A stretch of 52,199 bases of DNA from a virus. Lineage: Duplodnaviria; Caudoviricetes. The notes below the pieces were generated by a model. It searched no databases, was not told the origin of the DNA, and saw nothing but the letters and a program-made list of their open reading frames with translations. A program made the translations under genes and the position numbers. Shown in pieces: positions 1 to 9,139 of this stretch (its first letter is position 1; every line of letters starts with the position of its first letter). The stretch covers positions 1-52,199 of IMG/VR virus record IMGVR_UViG_3300046791_000495, one strand, 5' to 3'.

Positions 1-9
1 TCCTCGGAG

Positions 10-52
10 AAAAAAGAACGGGCCGCTACGGCCCCGCCGCGCGGCCCGTTCT
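10..52 (-). terminator. Intrinsic terminator after the 59..370 gene
   Basis: 12-bp inverted repeat AGAACGGGCCGC (15-26) / GCGGCCCGTTCT (41-52) with an A-run at 10-15 (U-tract on minus strand), immediately after the stop at 59. Confidence 0.75.
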
Positions 53-58
53 CGTGTC

Positions 59-370
59 TTACTTCTTGTACTTGGCCTTCAGCTCGGCGATCTGCTGCTT
101 CTTCTCCTCGAGCTGCTGCTCGAGGATGTGGCCGATCGCCGGCGCGAGATCCTCGGTCGTCACGAGGATCGCCTCGACGAGCTTGCGCGGGCTCGTCTTG
201 AGCTCCTTCGCCATCTCGCGCAGCTGGCCGGCGCGAGCGCCGTAGATGCTCGCGCTGATCCGGTCGTCCTGGTCGTCGTCCGTCGCTTCGTTCGGAACGG
301 CCGTGGGTCGCGCTGCCGCCGTGCTCTCTTCGCCGTCGAGCGGGTCGAGAGGGTTGATCGCCTTCACCAT
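59..370 (-). CDS. Hypothetical protein with C-terminal coiled coil
   Basis: ATG with upstream AGGAG-like RBS, 3 nt after the nuclease stop; phage-like codon usage; terminator follows. Confidence 0.75.
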   Translation of the reverse strand: MVKAINPLDPLDGEESTAAARPTAVPNEATDDDQDDRISASIYGARAGQLREMAKELKTSPRKLVEAILVTTEDLAPAIGHILEQQLEEKKQQIAELKAKYKK

Positions 371-373
371 GTC

Positions 374-1228
374 CTACTCCTTCTGCCCGGGCTCCGCCCG
401 GACGGTTGCGCCCCCAACGACGACGGCCACAGGCCGCAGTGCGTGGGGGCAGAGATCCCAGAACCCGCACCAATGCTGGCTGCACCACCAGTTGCTTGGG
501 TCGGTCGGGTTGAAGTTGCCTGAACGGATCAGACCAGCGGCGCGCCGCGTGCGGTCCAGGTACTGCGCCATCTGGTCGCGCGAGCGCGTCGTCGGCTGCT
601 GGATGATCTTGGTTTCTTTCTTGAGCGTGACGATCGTGTCGAGCGACAGACTCGCTGGCGGCACGCCGTCCGTGATGGTCTTCATCGTCGCGTACGCGGT
701 CAGCTGCATCGAATTCTCGGCGGCGTCGGCCGGCGGCGACTTCCGCGACGACTTCAGGTCGCGCTGGACGTTCGCCTTGGTCTCGACGTCGGAGTAGCCA
801 GAGAAGTCGATCGGGCCCGTCTCGCAGTCGATCTCGACCTCGTACTTCCGCTGGATCGTCAGCGGGTCGAGGACCGGCGCGAGTTCGATCGCATGCTGGC
901 GCGCCATGCGCACCGCGCGATCTTTCGCGACGCCGATCGCCGCTTTGAGGCCAATGTCGGCCTCGTCGGGCTCGAGCACCATGCCGTCCTTCTCGATCTC
1001 GGCCGCGACGGTGTCGCGCGCGATGTCGGAGACGACGTCAAGCTCGAGCAGTTCGCCCGTCAGCATCTTGCTGCCGAGGTTTTGGTTCGCCGCGCTATCG
1101 ACGCCGCGGCCGGTGACGAGCGCCGAGCCCGGAGGCCGGCGCATGCCCTTCATGTAGACGTACTCGAACTGGACCGGGCACTTGGCCAGCATCGAGAGTC
1201 GGCTGTGCGACAGCTTGATTCGCTCCAC
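374..1228 (-). CDS. Cas4/RecB-like PD-(D/E)XK exonuclease
   Basis: N-terminal LSHSRL...KCP, central GYSD...RDLKS nuclease motif, QLTAY motif and C-terminal C-x4-C-x5-C cluster typical of Fe-S Cas4-like phage nucleases. Confidence 0.85.
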   Translation of the reverse strand: MERIKLSHSRLSMLAKCPVQFEYVYMKGMRRPPGSALVTGRGVDSAANQNLGSKMLTGELLELDVVSDIARDTVAAEIEKDGMVLEPDEADIGLKAAIGVAKDRAVRMARQHAIELAPVLDPLTIQRKYEVEIDCETGPIDFSGYSDVETKANVQRDLKSSRKSPPADAAENSMQLTAYATMKTITDGVPPASLSLDTIVTLKKETKIIQQPTTRSRDQMAQYLDRTRRAAGLIRSGNFNPTDPSNWWCSQHWCGFWDLCPHALRPVAVVVGGATVRAEPGQKE

Positions 1229-1230
1229 GG

Positions 1231-1512
1231 TCAGTCGCCGTAGAAAGGAGGCTTCTTCGGCATCTTCTTCGCGCTCTTGATCGCATCGTTCGCGGCCTTC
1301 AGCGCTCGCGTCCGGTGATGCTGCGAGTACGTGTCGGCGCGACCGCGCAGACCGAGGCCGGCGAGGATCGAGGCGATGTAGTTCGCCGCCGAGATCTTGA
1401 GGTGCTTCGCCTCGGCGATCAGCTGCTTGCGGAGGTCGACGTCGAACGGATTCAGGTACAGGTAGTCGGGTCGAACGGGTCCGGCGCGCTCTGGTTTCGT
1501 GCTAGGGTCCAT
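1231..1512 (-). CDS. Probable ribbon-helix-helix DNA-binding protein, likely leaderless
   Basis: YLYLNP strand followed by DVDLRKQLIAEAKHLK and SAANYIASIL helices fits an RHH pattern; ATG at 1512 lies 9 nt downstream of a -10-like TACCTT. Confidence 0.55.
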   Translation of the reverse strand: MDPSTKPERAGPVRPDYLYLNPFDVDLRKQLIAEAKHLKISAANYIASILAGLGLRGRADTYSQHHRTRALKAANDAIKSAKKMPKKPPFYGD

Positions 1513-1521
1513 AGCCACAGG

Positions 1522-1545
1522 AAGGTAGCAGATATCCTTTGTCAA
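1522..1545 (-). promoter_or_regulatory. Putative promoter (TTGACA, extended -10 TGC-TACCTT)
   Basis: AT-rich intergenic patch between divergent genes; the spacer is only 12 nt, so the pairing of the two boxes is uncertain. Confidence 0.45.
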
Positions 1546-1600
1546 CGCAAGCACCCCGTTTGGCGATCAAGCCGACGGATTCGTTTGGAGACGCTAGGGA

Positions 1601-1972
1601 ATGACCCCCAAGGAAGAGCTGCAAACCCTATTAGCCTCAGTAATTGCCAGCGGAGAGCTCCTGCGGTCGATCGCGAGTACTTTCGTCGAGAGAGACATGG
1701 ACCTGATCGACGACAAGACCCTCCGGATAAGGCTCGCCATGGCGGTCGCCAACGGGATCGCCACCCAGGTGGAGGTGCTCACCGGCGAGCGGCTCACGGT
1801 CGAGGGAGTCGAGCCGTCGGTGGGCATCGCGGCGGCCGCGATCGCTCGGGCGGAGGCGCTGGCGGCAGTCAGTAGCGGGCCGGACGAGAGGATGCTCGAG
1901 CTGGTGAACGGCATGACGATCTCGCTCGAGCGGGTGGAAGAGGTCGCGCGGAAACTGTCGATCCAGATGTAG
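1601..1972 (+). CDS. Hypothetical alpha-helical protein
   Basis: ATG with upstream GGAG, plausible protein, followed directly by a terminator hairpin. Confidence 0.7.
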   Translation: MTPKEELQTLLASVIASGELLRSIASTFVERDMDLIDDKTLRIRLAMAVANGIATQVEVLTGERLTVEGVEPSVGIAAAAIARAEALAAVSSGPDERMLELVNGMTISLERVEEVARKLSIQM

Positions 1973-1974
1973 AA

Positions 1975-2016
1975 GAAAACGGCAGCGGGGCTTCGGTCCC
2001 GCTGCCGTCGTCTCTT
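1975..2016. terminator. Probable bidirectional terminator with C(UUCG)G loop
   Basis: Stem ACGGCAGCGGGGC-TTCG-GTCCCGCTGCCGT (1979-2008), A-run on the left, T-rich on the right, between convergent transcription units. Confidence 0.8.
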
Positions 2017-2107
2017 GGGTCGCCGTGGGTGTTGCGCGTCGGTGGGCTCGAGCCTCCTTGTCGTGACCTACTCTCGCCCCGAAGCCGGCGAGTCGTTCAT
2101 CAACTGA

Positions 2108-2908
2108 CTACGGTTGCGATGGGATCCAGAGCTTCGGCGAGTAGTAGACCCAGCCGCGCCACGCGCCGACGATCGGCGAATGATCATAGCCGGCCTCGAC
2201 GCCGACGCCGTGCCAGAACTTTCCAGTGCTCGACATCCAGATGTGCTCGGCGCCGACGCTGCCGCCCCAGCCAAACCGCGTCCCGTCGAGCGACAGCTGC
2301 GACGCAGCGAGCTCGTCGGCGATCGTCAGGTTCGCGTTCCCCCAGAGCGCTCCTCCGAGCTTGAGCGAGTAGAGCGTGCCGCTCGAGAAGTCGAACAGGC
2401 CGGCTTTCTTCGGCGGCTTGCACGGGTCCCACTCGGGGATGAGTTCCCAGTCGGCGCCGCGCGCGGGGATCACGCCGTGCATGTGGCCGCGCGTCTCGCA
2501 CGGGGCCTGGACGACCCGCTCCGGCAGCACCACGCCGCCCTGGGCGACGATCTGCTTCGAGATCTCCTCGGGCGATGCGGTCGGCGCGATCGGCGCCTCG
2601 CCTCGAGCGGCGCGCTGCTCGTTGAGGAGCGAGAGGAGGATGCCCGTCATGGCGGCGCTCTGATCGGAGTTCCGCCCGGGCTGCTGCTGCATCAGGCGGA
2701 GGAACTCCTGCTGCTGGGCCTGCATCCCGGCGACCAGTTGGAGGAGGACCTGCGTCTCCTGGGTCGGCGCCGCGTCCTTCGGATGCTCTGCGATCGTCGG
2801 CAGCGCCGGCTTGGGCGGCGGCGGCGTCGGGCGACCGATCCAGATCCCGAACAGCATGATCGCCGCCCCGGCGATGGAGCCGCCAGCTACGTACCAGCGT
2901 GTCCGCAT
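2108..2908 (-). CDS. Membrane-anchored protein at end of lysis cassette (possible spanin-like)
   Basis: N-terminal TM helix, Pro-rich linker, Gln-rich helical region, aromatic beta-strand-rich C-terminus; TGATG-coupled to upstream gene. Confidence 0.6.
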   Translation of the reverse strand: MRTRWYVAGGSIAGAAIMLFGIWIGRPTPPPPKPALPTIAEHPKDAAPTQETQVLLQLVAGMQAQQQEFLRLMQQQPGRNSDQSAAMTGILLSLLNEQRAARGEAPIAPTASPEEISKQIVAQGGVVLPERVVQAPCETRGHMHGVIPARGADWELIPEWDPCKPPKKAGLFDFSSGTLYSLKLGGALWGNANLTIADELAASQLSLDGTRFGWGGSVGAEHIWMSSTGKFWHGVGVEAGYDHSPIVGAWRGWVYYSPKLWIPSQP

Positions 2909-3078
2909 CAGCCCGCCGAGAATGCGAAGCGACCCAGCAGGTAGATGATCCCGATCACGATGGCGAGCACCGCGAGGAACCTCTGCATGAACGGCTGCGG
3001 GCCGCCGAAGAACTGGTTGAGCCCCCAGATCAGGAACCAGAGGCCGAGGAGGACGGGGAGCGCTGCGGTGATGGTCAT
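2908..3078 (-). CDS. Putative two-TM holin (56 aa)
   Basis: MTITAALPVLLGLWFLIWGL...FLAVLAIVIGIIYLLGRF: two hydrophobic segments; AAGGAG RBS before ATG 3078; near the endolysin. Confidence 0.6.
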   Translation of the reverse strand: MTITAALPVLLGLWFLIWGLNQFFGGPQPFMQRFLAVLAIVIGIIYLLGRFAFSAG

Positions 3079-3091
3079 CTTGGAGCTCCTT

Positions 3092-3751
3092 TCAGTGCGT
3101 GCAGGCCGTCCAGTGGAGTACCGGATAGCCGTCCTGCCCCACTTCGCAGCCGGCGTCACAGGAGCACAGCTGCCAGTTCACGCAGCCGTCGGCGTAGGCG
3201 CGCCAAAGTCTGGCGTGGCAGTCGTCGAGCGGCTCCTGCTTCGTGTCGGGTGCGCCGGGGTGGGCTGTCGAGTGGAAGATCTCGGCACAGCGCGCCGGGT
3301 CCGTCCCGGCGAAGGCCGGCGTCGAGAGCATCCCGCCGATCTCCATCTCGTTGCGGTCGTCCAGCGGGGTGAACTTCTCGCCGGTCAGGTTGACGAACTG
3401 GCCGCGCGCCTTCTGGGCCGGGTCGACCGGCGTCCGGTAGGCGTAGAGGTTGCCGTCGTGGTAGTGGCGCACGGCGGAGCGGCCGCCGGGGTCCGTCGCC
3501 ACGGTGACGTCGGCGTCGGGCGTCTCGGCCAGGTAGCGCGAGGCCATCACCATCTGCTCGGCGACGGCGCGGTCGAACTTGATCTTCCCCTTCGTGAACG
3601 GCGGGAGCTCGGCGAACCAGAGGCCGAGCGACACGACGCAGGCCATCACGAAGAGCAGCACGAGGACGCGCGCCTTCGGGCCGAGCGGGATCTTGATCGA
3701 CTTGTCGCCGATGCCGATCGAAACGTCCTTGTCTTCCGTCTCAGGTGGCAA
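3092..3751 (-). CDS. Single-TM protein with Cys-rich C-terminal domain
   Basis: TTG at 3751 preceded by GGAGG and overlapping the endolysin end; TM segment VLVLLFVMACVVSLGLWF; several Cys at the C-terminus. Confidence 0.65.
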   Translation of the reverse strand: MPPETEDKDVSIGIGDKSIKIPLGPKARVLVLLFVMACVVSLGLWFAELPPFTKGKIKFDRAVAEQMVMASRYLAETPDADVTVATDPGGRSAVRHYHDGNLYAYRTPVDPAQKARGQFVNLTGEKFTPLDDRNEMEIGGMLSTPAFAGTDPARCAEIFHSTAHPGAPDTKQEPLDDCHARLWRAYADGCVNWQLCSCDAGCEVGQDGYPVLHWTACTH

Positions 3752-4244
3752 CGTCGCCTCCGTGCTTCTTGTACTCGGCCAGCACGCTGTCGACCTTCTC
3801 ATGCCGCTGCGGATACTGAGAACCGGGCAGACTCGCCCAGCACGACGCGCAGAGCGCGATTGCCTGCCGCACGTTCCCGGCGATGACGTCGTCGAGCGCC
3901 CCCTCGCGGATGATCAGCGCGACCGCGCGCTCGTCCTGCTGCTCCGGAGAGAAGTCCGTGAAGCCCCACTTGGCGAGCAGGTCCTTCTCGGTCCGCCAGT
4001 TGATCTGGTACGCGCCGAACGCAGTGCTGTCCGCCGTCCCGTCGCCGTCGCCGTCGCCGGGGCCGTCCTTGTCCACGTCGACCAGCTTGCGCGGGTGGTG
4101 CGAGAGGTCGTAGACCATCTCGCCTCCGACCAGCCGGTGGTAGCCCAGGTCGTCCTTCGTCCCCTCGCCGAGCCGGATCGCCCGGAGGAAGGCCTTGACG
4201 TTACCGACGAGCAGAGCATCGCGCAGTTCTTGACGATCGCGCAT
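3741..4244 (-). CDS. Endolysin, lambda R-type lytic transglycosylase (GH104-like)
   Basis: NVKAFLRAIRLGEGT (catalytic Glu), HPR, STAFGAYQ, DFSPEQQD and WASLPGSQY motifs match lambda R; start at 4244 by TGATG overlap. Confidence 0.92.
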   Translation of the reverse strand: MRDRQELRDALLVGNVKAFLRAIRLGEGTKDDLGYHRLVGGEMVYDLSHHPRKLVDVDKDGPGDGDGDGTADSTAFGAYQINWRTEKDLLAKWGFTDFSPEQQDERAVALIIREGALDDVIAGNVRQAIALCASCWASLPGSQYPQRHEKVDSVLAEYKKHGGDVAT

Positions 4245-4573
4245 CACGCCACCTTCTGGTTCTTGACCTTGAGGATGCAGGTCCGCTCGTAGACGCGCGT
4301 CGGCGGACCGGAGGCGACCGTGGCCCTGCACGTGACCGGGTAGGAGATCTCGTCCGTCCCCTCCGAGAGCCAGACGCGCACCTTCATGCCGCCCAGCATG
4401 ATCTCCGGAGCGTAGGCGCCGTCGCCGTTCACGAGCTCCGGCGGGTCCTCGCCGTCGACTGGATCGAGCGCGATCTCGACCGAGTCGATGGTGTCGCCGG
4501 CGACGCTGAGCTCCGGCGTGAAGTCGAAGACGTAGTCGAGCCGATCGTTCGGATCCTTCGGGGCCCATGCCAT
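4244..4573 (-). CDS. Phage fibre-tail adaptor-like protein
   Basis: KDPNDRLDYVFDF N-terminal motif common in small tail-associated proteins; coupled both sides. Confidence 0.7.
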   Translation of the reverse strand: MAWAPKDPNDRLDYVFDFTPELSVAGDTIDSVEIALDPVDGEDPPELVNGDGAYAPEIMLGGMKVRVWLSEGTDEISYPVTCRATVASGPPTRVYERTCILKVKNQKVA

Positions 4574-5496
4574 CAGTTCACCTCGACGTTGCGATCAGAG
4601 TACGGCGTGGAAATCTCGCGGTCAACCGCCGGCACCGAGACCTCTCGGACGGCGACGGCGACGACGACGGTTCGTTCCGTGACGGCGACGGCGACCTCTC
4701 GAGCGGCAACCTCGACCAGGACCTCGCGGTCGATCGGGCCGATCAGCACGATCCGGCTGCCCGGCGGCAGTTTCTCGGAGACGAAGCCGCTGGCATAGGC
4801 GTCGAGCTGGGCGTCCAGCGTGCCGGCGAAGACGATAACGCCCTCGCCTCCGGCCGAGGCGTCCAGTTGCCCGCCCAAGGTGCCGAAGAAGCCGACGGCC
4901 ATCACGCCGCCGGCGTAGGCGTCCAACTGGCCGTCAAGCGTGCCGAACAGGGAGACCACCGGGCCGCCGGCGGCGCTCGCGTCCAGTCGCCCATCGAGAG
5001 TGCCCGCCAAGGTCACCAGGGCCCCGCCGGCGGCAGCGGCCTCGAGGACGGCAGCGAGCGTGCCCGACAGGACGACTACGCCTCCACCGCCGGCCTGTGC
5101 GTCCAGTTGGGCCGCCAAGGTCCCGGCCAGCGCCACGAGCGCCGATCCGCCGGCCGTAGCGCCGAGCTCGCCGGCCAACGTGCCGGCCAGCACGTGGAGG
5201 CCACCACCAGCGGCCGCGGCGTCCAGCTGGGCGGCAAGGGTGCCAGCAAGTACGTGGAGCCCACCACCGGCCGCCTGGGCGTTCAGCTGCGCCGCCAAGG
5301 AGCCGGCGAGAGCGTGGAGCCCGCCGCCGGCCGCGGCAGCGTCAAGCTGGCCAGCGAGCGTTCCGGAAAGGGCGTGGAGGCCGCCACCACCAGCGGTTGC
5401 ATCCAGCCGGCCGTCGAGCGTCCCTTCGAGGACGACGGTTGCGCCGCCGCTCAGCCCGGCGTACGGAACCGAGGCATACGGAGCTCCGGCGAACAT
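4573..5496 (-). CDS. Ala/Gly-rich repeat virion protein
   Basis: MFAGAPYAS start, 11 copies of a 20-aa repeat, C-terminal R-E-V-x-V repeats; TGATG coupling. Confidence 0.8.
   Translation of the reverse strand: MFAGAPYASVPYAGLSGGATVVLEGTLDGRLDATAGGGGLHALSGTLAGQLDAAAAGGGLHALAGSLAAQLNAQAAGGGLHVLAGTLAAQLDAAAAGGGLHVLAGTLAGELGATAGGSALVALAGTLAAQLDAQAGGGGVVVLSGTLAAVLEAAAAGGALVTLAGTLDGRLDASAAGGPVVSLFGTLDGQLDAYAGGVMAVGFFGTLGGQLDASAGGEGVIVFAGTLDAQLDAYASGFVSEKLPPGSRIVLIGPIDREVLVEVAAREVAVAVTERTVVVAVAVREVSVPAVDREISTPYSDRNVEVN
4790..5430 (-). repeat. Degenerate 60-bp tandem repeat (~11 units, GTLxxQLDAxAxGGG)
   Basis: Recurrent gtccagctgg/gtccagttgg at 60-nt period and matching peptide repeat. Confidence 0.85.
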
Positions 5497-7652
5497 CAGC
5501 CGATCCTCTCGATGACCGCGAGGCCAGAGCCGCCTTGCGCGGAGGCGTTCTGGTTTGTGACTGGGGCGCTATTGCACAGCCCACCACTTCCAGATCCAAT
5601 CAAAGCAAAAGCCGCGGACATGTCGATGCCTCCTGTCCCCCCGAGGTTCCCGCAATGACCGCCAAAGATCCCGCCGACCGCTCCCGTGATCGTCGTGGGT
5701 CCAGTTATAGATGACGCTGATTGAGTACCCGCACCCACGCATGGAGTTGCACTTCCGGAACCGTTCATCTGGAAGAGCGGGTGCGAGAGTGATTCAAGAC
5801 CCTGTTTCGTGAATTGGCCCGCGCTGTTCCTCAGTTCACCATCTGCGCAGATAGATACTGGATCGTAACCAAGGCGAGAGGTCCCGCTGATCGCGGTCGT
5901 CGCATTCCCTCCGGTACCGGCCCCAGTTCCTATGGCACCCGATGTCGACGAGCCCACGAACCCACCGACCGCCCCGCCGCCCCCGTTCCGGTTTGGGGTT
6001 GCTGCCGCTGCGGAGCCGCCGTTCCCACCAGCGCCCGACGGACTCCCACAAGCTCCGCCGCCACCAGAGCGCATACCGGAAGCCTGGCCCGGTCCTGAGC
6101 CGCCATCTCCCCCCTTGTAGTTGATGTCTCCGCCCCTGCCTGCTCCTGCCAACCCCCCGGACGCTGTCGAGTTGGTGATCGTCGCCGCCCCGCCTGTCCC
6201 CCCGGTTGCGAAGATGCTTATCCCGCCACCGAGGATTGACGTAGTTCCGCCGTCGCCGCCCGTTGCTGCTCCATCGGCGCCAACCGCGACTGTCGCCGAA
6301 GCCCCCCGCGCCCCGATTTTGATATTGAGCACCGTTCGCGCCGTCAGCCACGTCTCCTTCTGAGAGAACCCACCACCGCCGCCGCCGCCCGCTTGTCGAG
6401 TCCCCGCCGCCGCCGCTCCACACCCTCCTGCTCCACCGCCACCGATCACGCTCAGCCGATAGAACCCGTCGTAGGGCACCGTGTACGTCGTGTCGGCGAT
6501 GAAGAACAGCGCCGTCTGGCGGCAGTAGACGACCTTCTTGAACGGGCTCGACTCGCGCGGCTCTGCGACGCGCTCGACGATGGCGATGCCGCGCCCGCTC
6601 GACCCGCCGGTGCAGGTGCCGGTAGTCTTGGTCACCGAGCCGCCACCGCCGCCGCCGATGAGCGGCTGGAGTGCGGTTGCCGTGCCGGAGACGAGAGCGA
6701 AGGCGCCGCCGCCGCCGAGCATCGAGCCTTGGAGTCCAGCGCGAGGATCGTTGACGAACCCGCCGGCGCCGGGGCCGTTGTTCGTGATGACCACGCCCCC
6801 GCCTCCTGCGCTGAAGTAGCGGAGCGGGTCTTGGAACGACTCAAAGCCGAAGGCGAGCGACGATGTGCTGGGCTGAGTCCGAACGTGGCCGTCGAGCGAG
6901 TTCAGAGAGTGCGGCAGGTTGAACGTCGACGAGTCCATCCGGGCGCGTGTGTTCCCGCCGCCGCATCCTGCGCCCGAGCCGTTGTTCGAGTTGACTGCCG
7001 TCGAGACAGCGGGACCGTCGAAGCCGTACACGCTCCCGCCTCCGGTGCCGACGACGAAGCCGCTCGCGGTCACCGCCGCCGAGCCGCCGCTCCCGCCTTG
7101 GTACGTCCCGAAGGAGCGAATCCCGGCGGGGAGTCCGCACGAGCCGCCGCCGGACGCCGCCACGGACGCGCCCGTCTCAGAGCAGTCGCCGCCGTTGCCT
7201 CCCGCAGAGTTCCAGTCGCCGCCCCATGCGACGCCGCCGAGCGCGCCGGTCTGACTGCCGCCGGTCGACGCGGCGCCGCCCTTGCCGCCGCCCGCGAACA
7301 GGTTGATGCGCGGGCCGGTGACGATCGCGTCGCCGCCGTCCGTTCCGTTCCCCCCGACGTTGCTCGCTCCAGTCGAAGAACCCCCAGCGACGGCTGCTGG
7401 GATCGTGATCCGCAGGACGTCGCCCGCGTTGAGGAAGACCGTCTTCTCGCACAGTCCACCACCGCCACCGCCAGAAGCGCAGCCGCCGGTCGTGTCGTTC
7501 CCGGCGAACGCCGCACCGCCGCCGCCCGCTCCGATCGCCGCGACGCGGTACCAACCGGCGTAGGGGACCGTCCAGTTCGTGGTCAGGCGGAAGAACATCG
7601 CGCAGCTTGCGCCGCGCTGGATCGGCGTGACCCGCCGAGGAAAGGCGCCCAT
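5496..7652 (-). CDS. Glycine-rich tail fibre/receptor-binding protein with two tandem modules
   Basis: Two copies of [W/Y]TVPxxGxYRxxxIGxGGGG ... GxAxxER module. Confidence 0.8.
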   Translation of the reverse strand: MGAFPRRVTPIQRGASCAMFFRLTTNWTVPYAGWYRVAAIGAGGGGAAFAGNDTTGGCASGGGGGGLCEKTVFLNAGDVLRITIPAAVAGGSSTGASNVGGNGTDGGDAIVTGPRINLFAGGGKGGAASTGGSQTGALGGVAWGGDWNSAGGNGGDCSETGASVAASGGGSCGLPAGIRSFGTYQGGSGGSAAVTASGFVVGTGGGSVYGFDGPAVSTAVNSNNGSGAGCGGGNTRARMDSSTFNLPHSLNSLDGHVRTQPSTSSLAFGFESFQDPLRYFSAGGGGVVITNNGPGAGGFVNDPRAGLQGSMLGGGGAFALVSGTATALQPLIGGGGGGSVTKTTGTCTGGSSGRGIAIVERVAEPRESSPFKKVVYCRQTALFFIADTTYTVPYDGFYRLSVIGGGGAGGCGAAAAGTRQAGGGGGGGFSQKETWLTARTVLNIKIGARGASATVAVGADGAATGGDGGTTSILGGGISIFATGGTGGAATITNSTASGGLAGAGRGGDINYKGGDGGSGPGQASGMRSGGGGACGSPSGAGGNGGSAAAATPNRNGGGGAVGGFVGSSTSGAIGTGAGTGGNATTAISGTSRLGYDPVSICADGELRNSAGQFTKQGLESLSHPLFQMNGSGSATPCVGAGTQSASSITGPTTITGAVGGIFGGHCGNLGGTGGIDMSAAFALIGSGSGGLCNSAPVTNQNASAQGGSGLAVIERIG

Positions 7653-7655
7653 CGC

Positions 7656-8741
7656 CTAGCCGATCCGCTCGATGGCGACGATCCCGTTCCCGCCGCGTCC
7701 GGAGGTCGCCGTGTTCGCCGCGTTGCAGGCCGCACCGCCGCCGCCGCCGCCGAGGATCACGCCGCCAGCGACGCAGACGCCCGCCGCGCTCGCTCCGCCC
7801 GCGCCGCCGTAGAACACCTGGAACGTCGCGGCGCCGACCGTCGGTGACGCGCCCGACCCGCCGCCCGACCCCGCGCCCGTGGTCGTGTTGCCCGTCGAGC
7901 CGCCGCCGGTGAGAGCGCGGAACGGGTCGATGATCGAGTCGAAGCCGAAGCCGATCGACGAGGTCGAGTTGATGATGCGTCGATGGCCGTCCGCGCTGGC
8001 GGTGTCGGCGAGCCCGAGCCGGTTGACGCCGCCCGCTCCGTTCGCAGCGGCAGCCGCAGTCGTTCCCGCCGCTCCCGTCCCGCCGCCGCCCGAGCGCGAG
8101 GTCGTGCCGGTGGACGTCCCGCCGTTGCGCCCGCCGATCGCTCCGCCACCCGAGCCACCGACTCCCGTGCAGGTGCAGGCGCCGCCAGCGCCGCCGTCGC
8201 CGTAGGGAGATCCCGGCGCGCCGCCGCCCGACGCCTCGGCGCCGTTGGTCGTGTGGAGCGCCGTCCCACCCGCGCCGCCGGAGAAGTTGATCGCACCGCC
8301 GCGCGCTCCGCCGCCGGTGCCGCCGTTCGAGGTCACGCCGTTCGTCGTCGACGCCTGCCCAGCACCACCGCCCGTGCAGTAGAGAGCGATGCCGCCGCCG
8401 ATGACGTAGGAGTCGCCGCCAGCGTTCCCGGCGAGCGCACCTTGGCCCGACGTGCGCGCGACTGTCGCGCCGCCCGAGCCGACCGACATCTTGATGATCG
8501 TTCCCTTGTAGAGATAGACCTCCGTCTCAGCGAACCCGCCGCCTCCGCCTCCTGTTGCCGCGCCGCCCGTCGTGTTGATCGACGAGGCGCCGCCCGAGCC
8601 GCCGCCCGCGAGACACGACACGCGGTACCAGCCCGAGTCGGGGACCGTCCACGTGTTCCAAACGGTCGAGAACAGCAGAGCTCCCGCCGGAGGCGGGATG
8701 ACGGTCGGCTGGCGACGCGGGAGCCCCGTGAAAATCGGCAT
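7656..8741 (-). CDS. Glycine-rich tail fibre protein (single module, paralogue of 5496..7652)
   Basis: Start MPIFTGLPRR at 8741 by TGATG overlap; WTVPDSGWYRVSCLAGGGSG ... GIVAIERIG. Confidence 0.8.
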   Translation of the reverse strand: MPIFTGLPRRQPTVIPPPAGALLFSTVWNTWTVPDSGWYRVSCLAGGGSGGASSINTTGGAATGGGGGGFAETEVYLYKGTIIKMSVGSGGATVARTSGQGALAGNAGGDSYVIGGGIALYCTGGGAGQASTTNGVTSNGGTGGGARGGAINFSGGAGGTALHTTNGAEASGGGAPGSPYGDGGAGGACTCTGVGGSGGGAIGGRNGGTSTGTTSRSGGGGTGAAGTTAAAAANGAGGVNRLGLADTASADGHRRIINSTSSIGFGFDSIIDPFRALTGGGSTGNTTTGAGSGGGSGASPTVGAATFQVFYGGAGGASAAGVCVAGGVILGGGGGGAACNAANTATSGRGGNGIVAIERIG

Positions 8742-9139
8742 CAGCTGAAGCCGCCGCCGAGCGCGTGGACGTTCGTGTTCTGGGCGATCGTCGTCGAGGC
8801 GTACAGCTGGTGGGTCGACGTCAGGTTGAGGTGAGCGACGTTGACCAGCGCCGAGGCGGCCGGAGTCGTCGTGTCCGGCGTGATCGCCGGGATCGGGACC
8901 TCCAGAATGATCGAGCTCGTCGTCCCGTCGTAGAGCCAGATGAAGACGACGGCGAGCGCCGAGGTCGCGACCAGCTGGACTTGGATCCACTCGATCTTCC
9001 CGCCGTCGGTGATGGTGTTGGTGATCTTCGTGATGCCGCCGACGCCCGTGATGTTCGTCCGGGCCGTGAGCGTCGCGATCGTGTACGCGCTCCCAAGCAC
9101 GACGCTCTTGGCGAAGACCGGCTTGTTGTTGACAGCCAT
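8741..9139 (-). CDS. Tail fibre-associated structural protein
   Basis: Thr-rich beta-type protein MAVNNKPVFA..., coupled both sides. Confidence 0.7.
   Translation of the reverse strand: MAVNNKPVFAKSVVLGSAYTIATLTARTNITGVGGITKITNTITDGGKIEWIQVQLVATSALAVVFIWLYDGTTSSIILEVPIPAITPDTTTPAASALVNVAHLNLTSTHQLYASTTIAQNTNVHALGGGFS

Noticed and set aside
4790-5430. 60-bp periodic repeat as a CRISPR array
   Set aside because: Units are degenerate, in frame and coding, with no repeat-spacer structure; the Cas4-like nuclease has no other cas genes nearby.
5496-8741. Diversity-generating retroelement acting on the fibre genes
   Set aside because: No reverse transcriptase in the window and no near-identical repeat pair differing only at adenines.
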